A stretch of DNA of 64,000 bases from Lama glama. Lineage: Eukaryota. Below are positions 12,870-26,195 of this stretch, in pieces. Position 1 is the first letter of the stretch, and every line of letters begins with the position of its first letter. The stretch covers positions 22,942,001 through 23,006,000 of the forward strand of contig CM052816.1 of the NCBI GenBank assembly GCA_028534125.1, read 5' to 3'. A program made the translations under genes and the position numbers. The notes under the pieces are model-generated. The model saw nothing but the letters and a program-made list of their open reading frames with translations, was not told the DNA's origin and ran no database searches.

Positions 12870-13090
12870 TGCAGCAGAAGGGAGAGGGCTGGGTCTGGTG
12901 TCAGACCACCTGGGTTTGCATCCTGCTCTATCTAATGGGATCTAGCGTAAATCACTTAATATTTCTTTATCCCAGTTTTCTTACCAGTAAAATGTAGAAT
13001 GATGATAATGAAGATTAAACTAATTAGTATACACAACATGTTTGGAAGAATGTCTGGCGTACAGTAGCTACTCAAATGTTTCACCATGAG
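12870..13090 (+). mobile_element. MIR SINE
   Basis: ctggtgtcagaccacctgggttt...cagttttctt...gtaaaatg...tgtctggcgtacagtagctactcaaatgtt; other MIRs at about 5475-5555, 15670-15860, 37920-38120, 43325-43520 and 55515-55670. Confidence 0.75.
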
Positions 13091-14282
13091 GAGAAGTAGT
13101 AATTGAATATCAGAGAGTCTGTAGCCTATGCTCCCTGGAAAGTAATAAAAACCAGCAGAACATTGTTCCACTTCCTGGAGCTGTCCCCTGGCATTCCCTC
13201 TTAAGGTTTAATTGTAGCTGTGGTACAACCTCTCTAATGGCCATGCCCCTCATCCTCTACCCCTCTCCTCATTTGCCAAGTGAACAACATTATCTAGATG
13301 AGAATCTGCCTAACAACAGAAGATTCCTTTCTGGAGGCACAGAGTTGAAACCAGTGTAGGTTTCTCCTGGCTACTGCTGGGGTGTTGCATTGAATGAGAG
13401 AGAAAGAAAGTAGGTTTCCATGAAATCTTCTCCTCTGTGAGAATGAAAGAATCACAACTCTCTTTAGCTCAGAGACAAGAAGCATCTCCAAATGCAGAAG
13501 ACACCAGGACAGCACAGAGTAGGAGCTCGGCAAACTTCCATGGACTTTGAAAGAATGAAGCAAGAAGCAAAAGGAGGAACTTAAAAGGGGAAGGAAACAG
13601 GCATCTGAGAAAGAAATGAAGCCCAAAGCACCAGAGATGGATATGCCTTCAACAGGACAAAAGACACTTCCTGTGTTACAATAAGAGGGAATGAGGACAA
13701 AGGGGAGTGCAGACACAGGCAGGACTGAGGACCCAGGTGGTGACAAGGTAAAGGACTGCCCACAGTATGACTTCTAAGTAACTAAGTAAGTAAGGTAAGT
13801 ATTGGGAGTAAGATGGTCAGGGAACTTGCTCGTTTGCAATTTAACTCCGCTTGGTTGTAGTGAGTAAATCTGTAGTTCTAATTTGCATAATCTTTCCTTG
13901 AGTAAAAATAGAATGCAAAAACTCAATCTGTTCCAGATTTAGATCCAAAGTGGAATGAAAGATTTGACAGAAATCATCTTCTAAGATGAACTTGTCTTTA
14001 AATGGTGTAAACAAATTTCAAAAAAGAATATCTCCAAAAACATATGCCTCCTTTTTCTGAAACCAGTGTGACACCTTCAAATTCTTTTCAAATCACTGTG
14101 CTGCCAACGATTTTTTTGGGAGGAAAAACCCTACTAATAGGGATTTTCAGTTGAAAATGTTCCATGTCACATTAGGTAGGCACTTCTACCTGTCCTATGG
14201 TAAATGTCACCAGCAGCGGATTACATTGGATGCATGTCTTGGCTGATTCATAGCAATCACTGATGCCCATGCCTGCTCTTAC

Positions 14283-14417
14283 TTGCCCTTTCAATTACTA
14301 CCAATATCCTAAATCTCACCACTCATACCTCTAGTCATGTGTACAAAATTGCTCTAATAAGTATAATTGACACATGCTAATTCAGTTGTTTGAAGTTGTT
14401 AGATTTAATTTGCTATC
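14283..14417 (-). pseudogene. Candidate degraded pseudo-exon: *QIKSNNFKQLN*HVSIILIRAILYT*LEV*VVRFRILVVIERA
   Basis: Strong acceptor ttttctctgcag and several donors (gtatga, gtgaga, gtaaga); multiple stops. Confidence 0.3.
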
Positions 14418-16405
14418 CTGCAGAGAAAATTCATGTTACATAATTGAGCTACTGTATTAAATACTTCTTTTATTTATCATGCCTCAATTGAAAAGGTTGA
14501 AAAGGATAAGGAAAACATACAATATGTAAAAGAAAAGTGCTCATAACTTAGAGTTATCTTCATTACAACTTCTGTGCAAAACGTGCTTCAAAACATCTTA
14601 ATACAGGATCAAAGAATACATATTTTTTAATGTATTGAAATCTCTCTGACTACAATTTTCTCTTTCTTTACACTTAAGTACTACTTTCCAGATAAATGTT
14701 GCAGAAGCTATGGGAGAAACTTTCAAATCATCTATCTATACTTTCTTTATGAAGTTACCACCATTTACAAAATTCATTCCCTGATGAATGGTCACCCCTG
14801 ACTTAGAAATCAAAGGTCCCCATTCAAAATCAAATAGATGGGTCCCTCTAACCTGAGAAACTGACATTAAATAATTTACAAGGTCCTCCTGTTGGCCAGG
14901 AAGCACTCTAGGAAACGTAACATGGGGTAAATCCCATTGTTACTTGATTCTTTAAGAACAGGAGAGCATCAGAGCAAACGGTAGAGCTGAGATTCAGACT
15001 CTGGCACGTCAGAATCTGAAAGCAAGTCCCTGCCACTCACCATACCAGTCAAATGACTTTAATGACTGGAGTTCGGTACCCTCCTGGTTAACTGATTTAT
15101 CGCTAGAACACATCTGACACCAAAATTGTCTCTAACAAGTGAGAGTTTGGCCCTTTAACCCTTAACTGCTGGTGTTAATTCTAACATCTAGTGCGCTGGT
15201 CCCAAAGGCAGGTTCCATTTGTCCCTGCACATGACACCCCTTCACGTGAGTGATGGCTCTGACTGATTAGGTCTGCTTCAGTGCAGCCTAAATAGACCCT
15301 ATTGTTGCAACTAGTCACTTCCCTCTAAACATGCTTCTGCTGGATTGTACTCCTCTTAACATATAATAAGCAAAACTAAACACCCCACAGCACTGCAGGT
15401 GTGCCCTGATCGGCACAGCCTTCAATTTGGCTCACTGACTTAGCCTTTTGAAAATACAGTGTATACTTATTCTCTTAACTGACACATATGCTCCCAATCT
15501 TCACAGGCTTCAGGAACACGATGTGCTTGCTGTCTATACCTTCTCCTGAGCCACTGATAAGAATAAGAGAGAGAGAAGTCAACCCTGAGTAGCTTGCCAA
15601 TAAAAGTCTCTCTCTCCACTGACACTTGACCTCATCCTCTGCACGTCAGGGGACTACAAGTAAACAACCATTCACGAACTTGTGTTTGAATCTAAGCTCC
15701 CTTTGAATCAACCAAGTGATCTGCGTGAGGAATTTAACCTATCAACCTTAGTTTCTCAAATCCTCAAATTGGGCATGACAGTACCTCTTCACAGGTGTCA
15801 TAGCAATGTCTGCAGATTCTAAACTCGTCTTCATTCAGAGTAGATGCTCAATGAAAAGTATTTCCTTGCTGTTAAAAAAAAATTTCCATGATATTGTCAC
15901 AGAGATGAGTGTCAAAAAAGCCAATTTCTACAGTGTGAGTCAGGAGCTCTCCGCACAAGGCAGCATGCTTGCGCACAGTGGATCTAGTGCATGTTGTAAT
16001 CAACTGAACTCTCTAATGATTTGTTCCTTCACTACTTAAGCAAAACCATCTTTGCATGTACTCGTACTAAGCATCTTCTGAGCTCTGGGTGCAGGGACAC
16101 TGATGCTAAGAGACTGCGATGCCCACAACATCCGAGGCTGGTGTTAGGCATCCATTCTTGCTGGACTCTGACTTGTTCTATTTCCTCATTCAAATAACTC
16201 AGCTTCTGCCACCCCACTCTTCTGATCTGTAAAGTAGTGATAATGATATTGACCCATCTCAAAGGCATGCTGTGAAGAAATGCTAATTAATGCTCGCAAA
16301 ACACTTTGGAAACGCAAACTGCCATTTAAATGCTAAGTACATGTATTCAGCAGAGGATGAGAGTAATTTGGGATTAATGTGTCCTAGATGCTGAAATGGC
16401 CTCAC

Positions 16406-16511
16406 CTTGCTCCAAGTGGGAAACCTTAGAAACAACTTGACACCTGCTCAAATTTCATACTCTTTCTCTTACTCTATTGTGAAGCAACACAATTTTTGAT
16501 GGATTTTCCGA
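16406..16511 (-). pseudogene. Candidate degraded pseudo-exon
   Basis: Acceptor atttctagctttcag and strong donor AAG|gtgagg; reading it needs a frameshift (SENPSKIVLL / EKEYEI*AGVKLFLRFPTWSK). Confidence 0.25.
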
Positions 16512-17754
16512 CTGAAAGCTAGAAATCAGCAGTCACTTGACTGCCTGTCTTTTCAAAAGGTGGAGGATATACTTTCAGGGATTGTCAGAAAGAGGAGTTA
16601 CTAAATTGCTCAGGGGTGAAAAAAATAACTCCAGGTAGAAGGTGGTATGTTAAGAAATCTGACAGTTCAAGACTCTTTTCTGTAAAAACTCACTATTCCT
16701 GATAAAGGTATAAGGCACTCTTCCCATGCAGCAAGGTCTCTTGATTTGGATTAACAGATACAGCTTGCTCTCAAATTCTAAACTGTCGGCGTAAGAAAAC
16801 ATTCTGAGGTTGCAAAACAGATTAGGAGTGTAAAACGGTTCAAAAACAAGAGACTACACAAGCCATCGCAGCCTTCTGCTAAGGCAGCTCTTACTGGAGC
16901 GGGGCCGAACAGCTGTTGAGCGGAATCTCGCTAATGCACTGGTACCCCAGGAAGGAGGTGGTGCGTTTCAGAGGCCTCTGCAAAGGACGCGCTGCTAAAT
17001 ATTCCTCCAAATGACTTTTTACCAACTTGTCCAGCTTAGCTTAGGATCTCTTCCTGGCTTTGAGGACCTAAAGAACATAATGCCTAAACCATCTAGAAAC
17101 GTTTTTGAGTTGTCTCTTTACCCCACCAGGGGCTTGTGGCAGGATTTGCATTTTCAAGGCTCTTCAATTCTAAACAGTTAATCATCTTAGAGGATAGGGA
17201 TGTGCAAAGCTGGCAGTGTTTTCTTGGGGGACTTGATAGAGATTCAGTAGATGAAAAGAAATGTTTTCAGTCTGAAGTGGAAGGTTGCATTAAACATGAA
17301 ATAAACACTTCTTCCTGTGCTGCCAGAGTCTAAAAATAGGCCCTTGAACAGATTTTAAAGGGCCATTCTATGCTTTCCCCACTGAAGCCACTAACAGTAT
17401 TAGCCTGATTACTATGCAAAAAGAGGGCCAGATGGCTTGCCCTTGAACTGAAATCAAAGGGCCTTCTTTTATATGAACATGTTTTTCAAAGTGAGGGCTT
17501 CCTAACGATGTAAAGGCCCCATGTTTACTATACAAAGGGACTCTGCTCGCCCATTACAAACTTCCCTTCTGGAGTCCAGGACTCAATTTTCTTGGCTCAC
17601 TGAATAATGAAAAGCCAAGTTCAGTAAACTCATGGAAATGCCTCCTACAGACCTTATCTTCAGATTACAATGTGTCCAGGGAGACAGTCTCCCACTTAAC
17701 CAATATCACATTCTCTATTAAAGGGTCAAATATGTTGGACATGCTATTCAAGTT

Positions 17755-17890
17755 TTCAGCATGGGCTTCACTTTGGCGCTTGTTAGAAATACAGACTGTC
17801 AGGCCCCACCCTGGACCTACTGAACCAGAAGCTGCATTTTCACAAGATCCCCACGGGACATGGATGCAAGTGAAAGTTTGAGCTGCACAG
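17755..17890. mobile_element. MER5-family hAT MITE
   Basis: gcttgttagaaatacagact..caggccccacc..gacctactgaaccagaagctgcatttt.acaagatcccc; similar fragments at about 20720-20875, 48065-48170, 55340-55515 and 55849-56003. Confidence 0.8.
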
Positions 17891-19005
17891 TGTTGGTCAC
17901 CTTCTATCCAATGCTCTGTCTCCCTGGGATGGTATCTGACTCCCTTGGTAGGTCTATCGTAGTATCTCACATTCCTAAAAACAACTGAAATTCCTCCTGC
18001 TACAATGCAACATGGAATAGAACCAAATTCAATCTGAGAGTTATATAGCAATATCACACAGACACCTCATGTCAAACTTAACGAACACGTTGCTACTTAT
18101 TGAGCATCCACTACATGCATTTCATTCAGACATGAAACAGACACACTCTCAACCAAAGAGCTTACAATGCCTAGACATATATGAAGCACTATGATGCTGG
18201 ATGGATAGACACAGAGAAAAGTGGCATCTAAGAAAGTCCTGAGACATTCTGAACAGCGAAACTAGGAGCATATGAGGTTCACTGAGAAACAGAGTAAGAT
18301 AATCTTGGATTAGATATGACTTGCACTCCGTTCTATGGCATCTGGATTTTTAATCAGGGGGTGGGGCACAAATTCTAATACCTACAAGAGTCAGGAGCAA
18401 ATGGGCGAACGGGATTAAGTGAAAAGGTATCTGTCCTATGTCAAAGGACTATTTCTTAAACTCTAATCTGTCAGTCCCAATGTTGCCATACTTTCTGATT
18501 TTTTAAAAAACAGGCAGAAATCCAAATTTGCACGGTCTGTGCAATCTCCTAATGTTTAAATACTGGTTACAACGACAACAAAACCGGTAATGAAAACACA
18601 TAAAACGCCTCTATGGGCTCAAGAATGCAACCTCTACTTGAAACTCTTGGCGGCAGCCTCACAGCTGGGATTCCGTGATGAACGGGACTGCACCACCTCC
18701 AGTGGCAGGCAGTAGGAGGAAGCACAGTGGCAAGTGATGTGTGTTGAAGTAGGATCCTGCGTGCAGGGGCAGGGAGCTGTGAGTGAAAGGGGGACTAACT
18801 TCTGGGGCATTAAGGAAAGGCTTTCCAGGCTGAGGATGATGAGCAGAAGTTTCAAGAATCAAAAGGTCTGAGGAAAAAAGGGAAGAGAGGTAATGGGAGA
18901 CAATATTTCAGGTGAGAAAACCGAACTTGCAAAACTTAAAGGTTTGAGAGAGGATGATGTTCTGATGAAAAATGAGAATTCAGAATGGCTAGAAGCAGAG
19001 CATAC

Positions 19006-19133
19006 AGAGGCAATAAATTGCTTAATTTTAAATAGTTGGTGAATAATATCATATGATTTCCTTTCAAGAATGACCACTCTCCAGCCTGAGGCAGTAGCTG
19101 CTTTTATGTGACGTTTCTTTGATTTGACTGAGA
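19006..19133 (-). pseudogene. Pseudo-exon (phase-1 start): SVKSKKRHIKAATASGWRVVILERKSYDIIHQLFKIKQFIAS
   Basis: Strong acceptor cattttctctatag; open frame within ORF 18859..19176; phase matches the 20052 donor; donor gtatgc is weak. Confidence 0.5.
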
Positions 19134-19245
19134 CTATAGAGAAAATGCACACAGAAGTAAGAATTTTACATTTCACTGGGTATCAACTCATATTACTTAG
19201 GCTAGCAAGCAGTCTATAACAATTCCTTCAGTTTTTAGAAATTAC

Positions 19246-19781
19246 TGAAGGGGAGGAGAATCTGCCTCTCCAAAACATGCCTTTTTGGTGTAGGATTAAC
19301 TTAGAGTTGGTTATTTTTAAGGAACAGCAGATATAGGAGAAGTTCTGAAAACCAAGTATAAATTACCCCTTTCTAAGAGACATTGACATTTGTAAGAGCA
19401 ATCTCCATTTAAAAGGGTGTCACCCTCTCTGTACCTCTGAAGAGGACGTATGAAATCTCTAGAAACTCTTATCAATGGAGAAAGCAGCGACTTGAATCTG
19501 TATAACAACTCTGCCCTTGTTTACTATGATTTTCCCTCCCATGACTGACCTCTTCCCCCAACACCTTTTTTGTCTTTAGCTAGAGATGGTATTTAAGGTG
19601 GTGGCTGGGCCATTTTAGGGAGCTACTTACTTTTTCTGGGTACCTCTCATGTGAGTAGGAGGTATGCATGCTATTAAACGTCTGTTTGTTTTTCTCCTAT
19701 TAATCTTTTATTATGGGGGGTGGGGGAGTCTCAACCAAGAACCTAGAAGGGTAGAGGAAAAATTACTTTTCCTCCCCTACA
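19246..19781 (+). mobile_element. ERV1-class solo LTR (MER34/39-like)
   Basis: TG...CA termini ending ttcctcccctaca; ATTAAA poly(A) signal; 4-bp TSD TTAC on both sides. Confidence 0.9.
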
Positions 19782-20051
19782 TTACCCCAAAATGAAGGAA
19801 AGGCTTTTAAAAGATGTTCAATGGGCATTAAATATTATCAATCAAGCTAACTTCATATTTCTTCCCAAGACAGCTTTTAACAACAGCTGTGATACTTTTA
19901 TTTGCTGCTTTTTAAAGGAAACTTTTATGTCTATAGCTATATCTGTAATCTTAATTATAAGTGTTCCATCTGTGACTTTAAATTATTTTTTAACCTCCAA
20001 TGTTAACGAAAGAGCATTGATTAGGGACTTAAATAACTCTCCTCCTCTTAC

Positions 20052-20404
20052 TCACCATCACAGAACTGATAGGAAAAATTTTAAATGCTCTTTGGTGAAG
20101 AAAAAAACTCAACACAAAAATATCTACCAAAATTTCAGGAAGAAGAGAAATGATGAAATTTATTAGAGTATTCAAACCTGCTGTTAAGCATATTTTATTT
20201 AATTTTTCAATATGTGTTCTGGAAGTCATTAATGCAGTCAGTCTGCAGCTGCTTCTTTTTGAATACAGAGTGTTTGAATGGGCAGGCCACAGATTTCATG
20301 GCAAGTGCACAATTTTGGTTATGGTCACAAGGTTTGTAAATTACTCCAGCTTCTAATATTTTGTTCTCTATTATTTCTTCATAATAAATATTAGAAATAA
20401 AAAC
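20052..20404 (-). pseudogene. Pseudo-exon: VFISNIYYEEIIENKILEAGVIYKPCDH...QTDCINDF/fs/RTHIEKLNKICLTAGLNTLINFIISLLPEILVDIFVL...SSVMV
   Basis: Joins ORFs 20207..20413 and 20029..20229 through one frameshift; tandem donors gtgagt/gtaaga; phase-0 start matches the 21294 donor. Confidence 0.55.
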
Positions 20405-20417
20405 CTGCATCAATGGC

Positions 20418-20633
20418 TTTTATTTATTTATTTTTTTAAGTTTAAAAACTTCAGAAAAATTGAACCACTCAACTGAGGTATGATTGACATGTAAGAAGCT
20501 GAACATATTTAATATATATGATTTGGTGAGTATGAGGACAGGCAGACACTTGTGGAACCACTACCACCATTAAGGCCACAGATATAGCCATCACCACCCA
20601 AAGTTTCCTCCCATCCCTGTTGTTGTTGTTACT

Positions 20634-20665
<32 letters not shown>

Positions 20666-20705
20666 AGTGTGTAATGTGTATTAAGAGCACTTTTTATAAA
20701 GTCTA
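20418..20705 (-). mobile_element. L1 3' end fragment with (TG)n microsatellite
   Basis: T-rich tail then aactgaggtatgattgacatg...; TG repeat at about 20638-20665. Confidence 0.75.
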
Positions 20706-21293
20706 CACTTCTGGATAGGTGGTTTTTAAACCTTACCGTGAATATGTGGCTGGGTTTGGGGTGTGTATTGGGGGGGGGTGCTTGTTAAATTGCAGATTTC
20801 CAGGCCTTGTCAAAAGAGTCCCAATGATTCTGATGCAAATGGTCCCAGAGTTATATTTTAAATGACGCTGGGCTGATGATACACTGAGTGTCTGGCCCAG
20901 CAGAATCTTAAAGAAAATTAACAACTTCTGCAATGTATCCGCAGTGATATTGCCAGTGAATGCAGGCTCCACGGTGGGACAGACTTGTCTGATCTGCTCA
21001 CTGTTGTGTCCCCACCGCTGAGATCAGCACCTGGCATAGAGAGGGCACCCCATAACCATTTGTTGAGTGAATACATGAAAGAATGAATTGACCTTGTCAG
21101 CACTTGCCTTCTGCACTTCATGCCCTTCATCTGATCCTCTGTCTCATACTAACCATCAGTCAGGTAAAGGACTGATGTCACAACCTGCTCATCCAAATAG
21201 GCATTTGCAGGCTCCAGATGATGACATTCTGCAAAGTCACCAGCAGTCTTGAAACTGTAATGCTGATTAGAGTTTTCTTGTCTGACCTCTTAC

Positions 21294-21703
21294 AAACCTG
21301 AGAATGTATCTGAAAGAGCTGCAACCCCTTGGTGGACCACCATGAATCAGCAACTGCTTTCCAAATGCATTCTCTAACGTATCACATGAAACATGGCACC
21401 CGTAGTCCTAGCAGAATGTTGTGTGGGTCTGCATGATACTGAACTAGAAGGGTCCTTTTTCTTCAGAACTTGTGAGCTTGTGAAATGTTTCTGCATTAGC
21501 TGTCATGCTCTGAAACCAATTTGGTGTGGTGTTGGAACTGGATCTAGAGGTGATGGGGGGGTGGGTAGACCCACATAAGCATATGATTTCTTTTATGAAA
21601 TCTTTTATTATTTTTCTATGCCACATGGAAATGTTTTTATGAAACCTTGAAGTTACATAAAACACAGAGGGAGAAACCAATATAGCTGCAAGTTTTATTC
21701 CTC
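21294..21703 (-). pseudogene. Pseudo-exon (phase 1-0): GIKLAAILVSPSVFYVTSRFHKNISMWHRKIIKDFIKEIICL...DTLENAFGKQLLIHGGPPRGCSSFRYILRF
   Basis: Acceptor tcttctaaatctctaag, donor TTT|gtaaga; 410 nt in one frame with only two TAG stops; includes ORF 21444..21680. Confidence 0.6.
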
Positions 21704-22339
21704 CTTAGAGATTTAGAAGAGATGGAAAACTCATGGCATTAACCACTGGAGCAGGTCCAGTGCTACTTCAAATGTGCTTTTCATTTGTAACGACATAAGC
21801 ACTAATACAGTTTATATTTTAGACTGAATTGCTAATTTATCCTGTAAGCCAGCACATTTAGCACGAAAGTTCACAGTGCCCTTGACACCATGGCTAAAAG
21901 TTTCCTTCTGAAACTGCTTTAGCCCTAAATAGCATGTAATCATTAGAATTCTACTGATAGCATATATTCAAGTATTGATTGTTATTTATTAACACCGGTT
22001 GATCGAACACTTCTCTGCTTCTCAATACTATTTTCAGTGATTTCTCTGGCACATTATTTCTATTTTTTCATTTTAAAGCAATATATACTTACTTTGCAAA
22101 ATTTGGGAAATATAAAAAAGGTGTCAAAAATACCCATGTTTCCAAAATCACATGAGAGTCACCATTAATATTTTGATGTACATGCTTTCAGTCTTTTTCT
22201 ATATATTTGTATATAGTTGTGCATAAGGCATATACAATTTCACAACCTACTTTCAAAGCTAGCTATTGCAAATAGTTTGTAAACATCATCTGAATGGCTG
22301 CATAAAAGTTTCAACCATAATTTAAATTTTAAAAATTAC

Positions 22340-22624
22340 TGCAACATCCCACTTCATTAAAGAAACTTGGACACAGCTACTGATTTTTTTTTTAACCAAT
22401 AAATGCACAGCAGCAACTCTTGTCCAGTTTTGGGAAATATATTTGACCCTTATCACACCAGGCTTTTGTCTATAATGCAGTAGTCATCCTTTCTACACCC
22501 AGTCAGTCCCATGTAACGTAATAACCTGTCATAATGAGGAGTCACAACATGTGCAGTTAAAATGCTGGATGTTTTAGAAGTTAAAGACATTTTAAACGGA
22601 ACTTCAGAAGTGGAATATCACTTC
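22340..22624 (-). pseudogene. Pseudo-exon: K*YSTSEVPFKMSLTSKTSSILTAHVVTPHYDRLLRYMGLTGCRKDDYCIIDKSLV**GSNIFPKTGQELL...
   Basis: Acceptor gttactag; long nearly open frame with HVV..R and C..DDY.I motifs; donor uncertain. Confidence 0.5.
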
Positions 22625-23309
22625 CTAGTAACATTAAGCAAAGCACTTAATCTATGACATGATTTCTAATTTCTTTTTAGAAAGGGCAATGATGTATAAA
22701 TGAAGATAAAGTTATCATGCAAACTGGCAGTGGCACTGACTACTTGAAATAAATAAAGATCAGCTAATCCAATCACAATTCACATGTACTTCAAAGACCA
22801 GCTCACAGACCTATGACTGCATCTGAGAAAAACATGATCTCAGCCCGTACCATGAACATCTGAATCATAGGTCAAGATTTGATGGGGAATGATGGTCTCC
22901 AAGCAAAGGTTTTCACTTTTTAACTTCTCTGGATCTCAGCTGCATCATGTGAAAATGGGGCAAACAGTACTATCGTTAGATAACAATATGTGAAAAACTT
23001 TTGAGGTTTAAGGAAGATTTTTCTGTGTTCTAAAGTAACATTACTCACATTAAAAAGTCACTGGAAGTGCCATTAGTAAACATGGAAGTACTTCTGAATA
23101 TTTTTCAGCTTGCAAAAAATATGAAAGAAATACTTTTTGAATCTTTTAAGCAATAGTGACCTAAGGCCACCTACAACTCATTCCCACAAGTGTCTAGATA
23201 ACCTTAGATTAAATGACTAAAAGAAAAGGAAGACAGAGGACAGTAAAGGGGTCCTTCTGATGTTAATTTTGTGACATTACTTTTCCCTAAGGTAATACTT
23301 AATTTCCTA

Positions 23310-23700
23310 CACTATTGGTGGGAGTGCAAAACTGGTTCCACCACTTTGGAAACTGTTTGGCAGTATCCAATATAGCTACGTATATCCCATGACCATTGAT
23401 TCTACTCCTGGGTACATTAAAAATATTAAGTACGTTTCCTCACCAAAAGCATGTATAAACATTCTCATAAGAGTAACAGCAGGTAAGAGCCCCCCAAAAT
23501 AGCAATACCCTCAAACTGGAAACAGTCCCAATATCTATCCCCAGTCAAATGAATGAATGCATCGGGAGAATAAGCTAATCGTAACCCCATGCAACAACAA
23601 AGGAGACTCTCACAAACATACCACTAATGACAGAAGCCAGGTACATGAGAGCAGATACGATACGGATTCAAACATTTAAAGTTCAAAGAGCTGAGGTTGA
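23310..23700 (+). mobile_element. Old L1 (L1ME-like) ORF2 end fragment
   Basis: ggtgggagtgcaaaactggttccaccactttggaaactgtttggcagtat...ctactcctgggta. Confidence 0.75.
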
Positions 23701-26053
23701 TTCGGCCTGCCTTAGAGCTCTGGTACCTGAGTGGGTCTTTGAAGGTTCTTTTGTTTGGCTTATCTTCCCCAGCACCTTCAGCACCATGTCTTGCTGTTAC
23801 AACCATTCTCACACTCATCTGACTCTGAAGGAGTTCTCCCTTTCTGCTTCAGCTGACGAACTCAAACTGGTGTCATCAGAGCAGCTGTGACAATGATCAA
23901 AGGAAAGACCTAGTCTGGAGGAACAAGGAGCTAGTTCTTCATGCTAAGCTACCACTGCACTTTTATCTACAAAAGTTAATCTCTCTGTTGTAATTAAGGA
24001 TTTATTCTTTTGAGCAGACACGTGGAAATCCTATCAGTGCATATTAGTGAGAAAGCAGCATTAACAAGTGATACATTGCGTGTGAAGGCTTTACCACATT
24101 GCCACGTAGAAGACAGAATGCAGGGCCAGTTCCAGGTACACTGTTTCTGTTTCTTTATAAGTGGCTCCCTTTCCTCTTTTAGCCCACCTCCCCTTCCTGC
24201 CATCTCCTGTGTCTTGACTGATGAGAAATCCTAAATTCCACCCCCACAGGATCATTTGATTCTGCCCTGTTTTCCTGGAGCATGGCCCCTCCAGTACAAC
24301 TGAAGATTCACCAAAGCAGCTATTAAGGGGAAGACCACTGATTTTCCATCCTAGGAAAGTGGAGATTTGAGACTTTCAACCAGTCTAGGAGCCCCTATCT
24401 GATAGCAGCAGCAACTGCCAGGATAAGTTTTGCCTTAAAAGTAAGGTTTTGATGATCTTGAGTTTATGCTTTCATTAGTCTCTTAATATTATGTAATCAA
24501 CTCCTACAGCAACAGCAACAACAAAAATCCTTTAAAAAGAGATTGATTTTGATGCCTTATTTCAAAATAATTTCCTCAAACACAATCATATAGAAATATC
24601 TTATTTCCTCTTTAGCTAAAGGTAACATTTCAGGAAAGAGAGGTTTCAATTTTCCAGTTGGAAAAGAAAAATTATAAACAAAAAGGCCAAGCTTTCACAT
24701 CAGAGAATAAATGTTTGAGAGTCACCAAATAAAATCATAGCTACCAAATGAAGTCATGACTTATTTTAAGTAAATGAAATCACTGCATATATATACTTGT
24801 GAGTTTCAAAGTACTCCAAGATCCCCATTTCAGTTTGTGGCATGGCTTTAGGAGTCAGCGTCTAAGTAAAATTCAGGAAATAACAGACTCCTAGTTTAGT
24901 GACGTGAAAACTATGTTACTATTGGAATTTTTTTTAAGGTTTCAAAACCCTGTCACTGCACCTGATTTGATAACTAAATTTTGTGAGGAGCAGGTACACT
25001 TTAGAGGTAAGGTCTATTGTCAACACAACCACTGCATAAAAACTTGTTTTAAATCATACTATGAAGCAATCTAGTAACACGGAAGCTTTAAACACATGAG
25101 TTTTCGCTTTCAGTTACTCCACAATGGTCAACATCTATTACAATGACACCCCTAATGATTACTATGAATATTCTTTGCCATATTTTAAATATATAATATT
25201 CAAGGGGAACTGCATGGCTTTGACATTCTGTGGTAAAAACTCAGAAGGCAGCCACATGTTCCCATTAGCAGGACAGAAGAAAACCTCTTAAGCTCAAAAT
25301 GAAGAGAATCCTATTCTAAAAAGTTGTTTTTGTGTAGATTTTCAAACTAAGTGTTGCTCTCCTCCATTATGGCTGACAGCCTCACCTGCTACTTAGGCTT
25401 CAGTTTCAAGATGTTAAGTTATCACATTCACGGTCACCTGGAGCTCACACTAAGACCTCAGTGTCCTGCTGAAGTGGGACAGAGCCCACGCAGCTCGCTC
25501 TGCACTTCTGAGCTTCATAAAACGGGAAAAATCATCACCTGCTGTTACCTCTGCTTCTCTCCTCAGGTTGGTTCCCGTTATGTCTTGCCCAAGGGACATT
25601 CTTGAGCCAATGGATTTCTAGCCTTAGCTGAATGACTCTTTCGGACAGATTTCTTTTGAGGGTCTCATCATTGCTCTGTTTGAACAAAAGGGATTCAGGT
25701 CCAACAGGAACTGTATGAGCGCTTGAGTTAATATATCCTTATCTCATAATTCATGATTATTTCAGTGATCTCTTGCTGATTGCTAAATCATATTAAGGGT
25801 TTCTTCTCTATGTGGCCTCTATTATTTCTATCACATTTTCCTTGCCAGTGATTATGAAATGAGCCAAAGTGGCTACAAGGAACGATATATGCAATATATA
25901 TTACATATATCTACTCCCCGAAAATAGTGTTTTTTTAAAAGGTGATGATCTATGACTGTGCTTTAATAGTTTATGTTTTAATATGAATTAGCCTACCCAT
26001 GTCGGATTTGCAAGTAAAAATAACATAAACGCTACCCTTAGAAAGTTTTTCAC

Positions 26054-26195
26054 CTTAAAACAAAATCTTCTACACCTATTATTTATCATCATTCTTAACA
26101 AAAATGCATCTTCCACAAGCACAAATTAAGGGGGAACCCTCATTTATCTCTCTCTCAGAAGACCTCAAACCACTCTCCATACTGTGAAGATTCAT
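26054..26195 (-). pseudogene. Candidate pseudo-exon: MNLHSMESGLRSSEREINEGSPLICACGRCIFVKNDDK
   Basis: Acceptor atttgtcag, donor AAG|gtgaaa; HS.E..G...RE.NE resembles exon 63696-63847; phase does not fit cleanly. Confidence 0.3.

Noticed and set aside
13294..13763. 150-aa minus-strand ORF
   Set aside because: Low-complexity S/L/F-rich translation of a purine-rich, repeat-like stretch; no convincing splice sites or phase fit.
3888..22624. Resemblance of some exons to GAF domains / EFCAB5 C-terminal region / dynein-stalk-like helices (e.g. FHIPV...GVLD, AHVV...LLRY, PKPIIIEHCIMALLL)
   Set aside because: Similarity is from memory and by eye only, and the same residues are better explained by the internal repeat. 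No gene symbol assigned; worth testing with HHpred.
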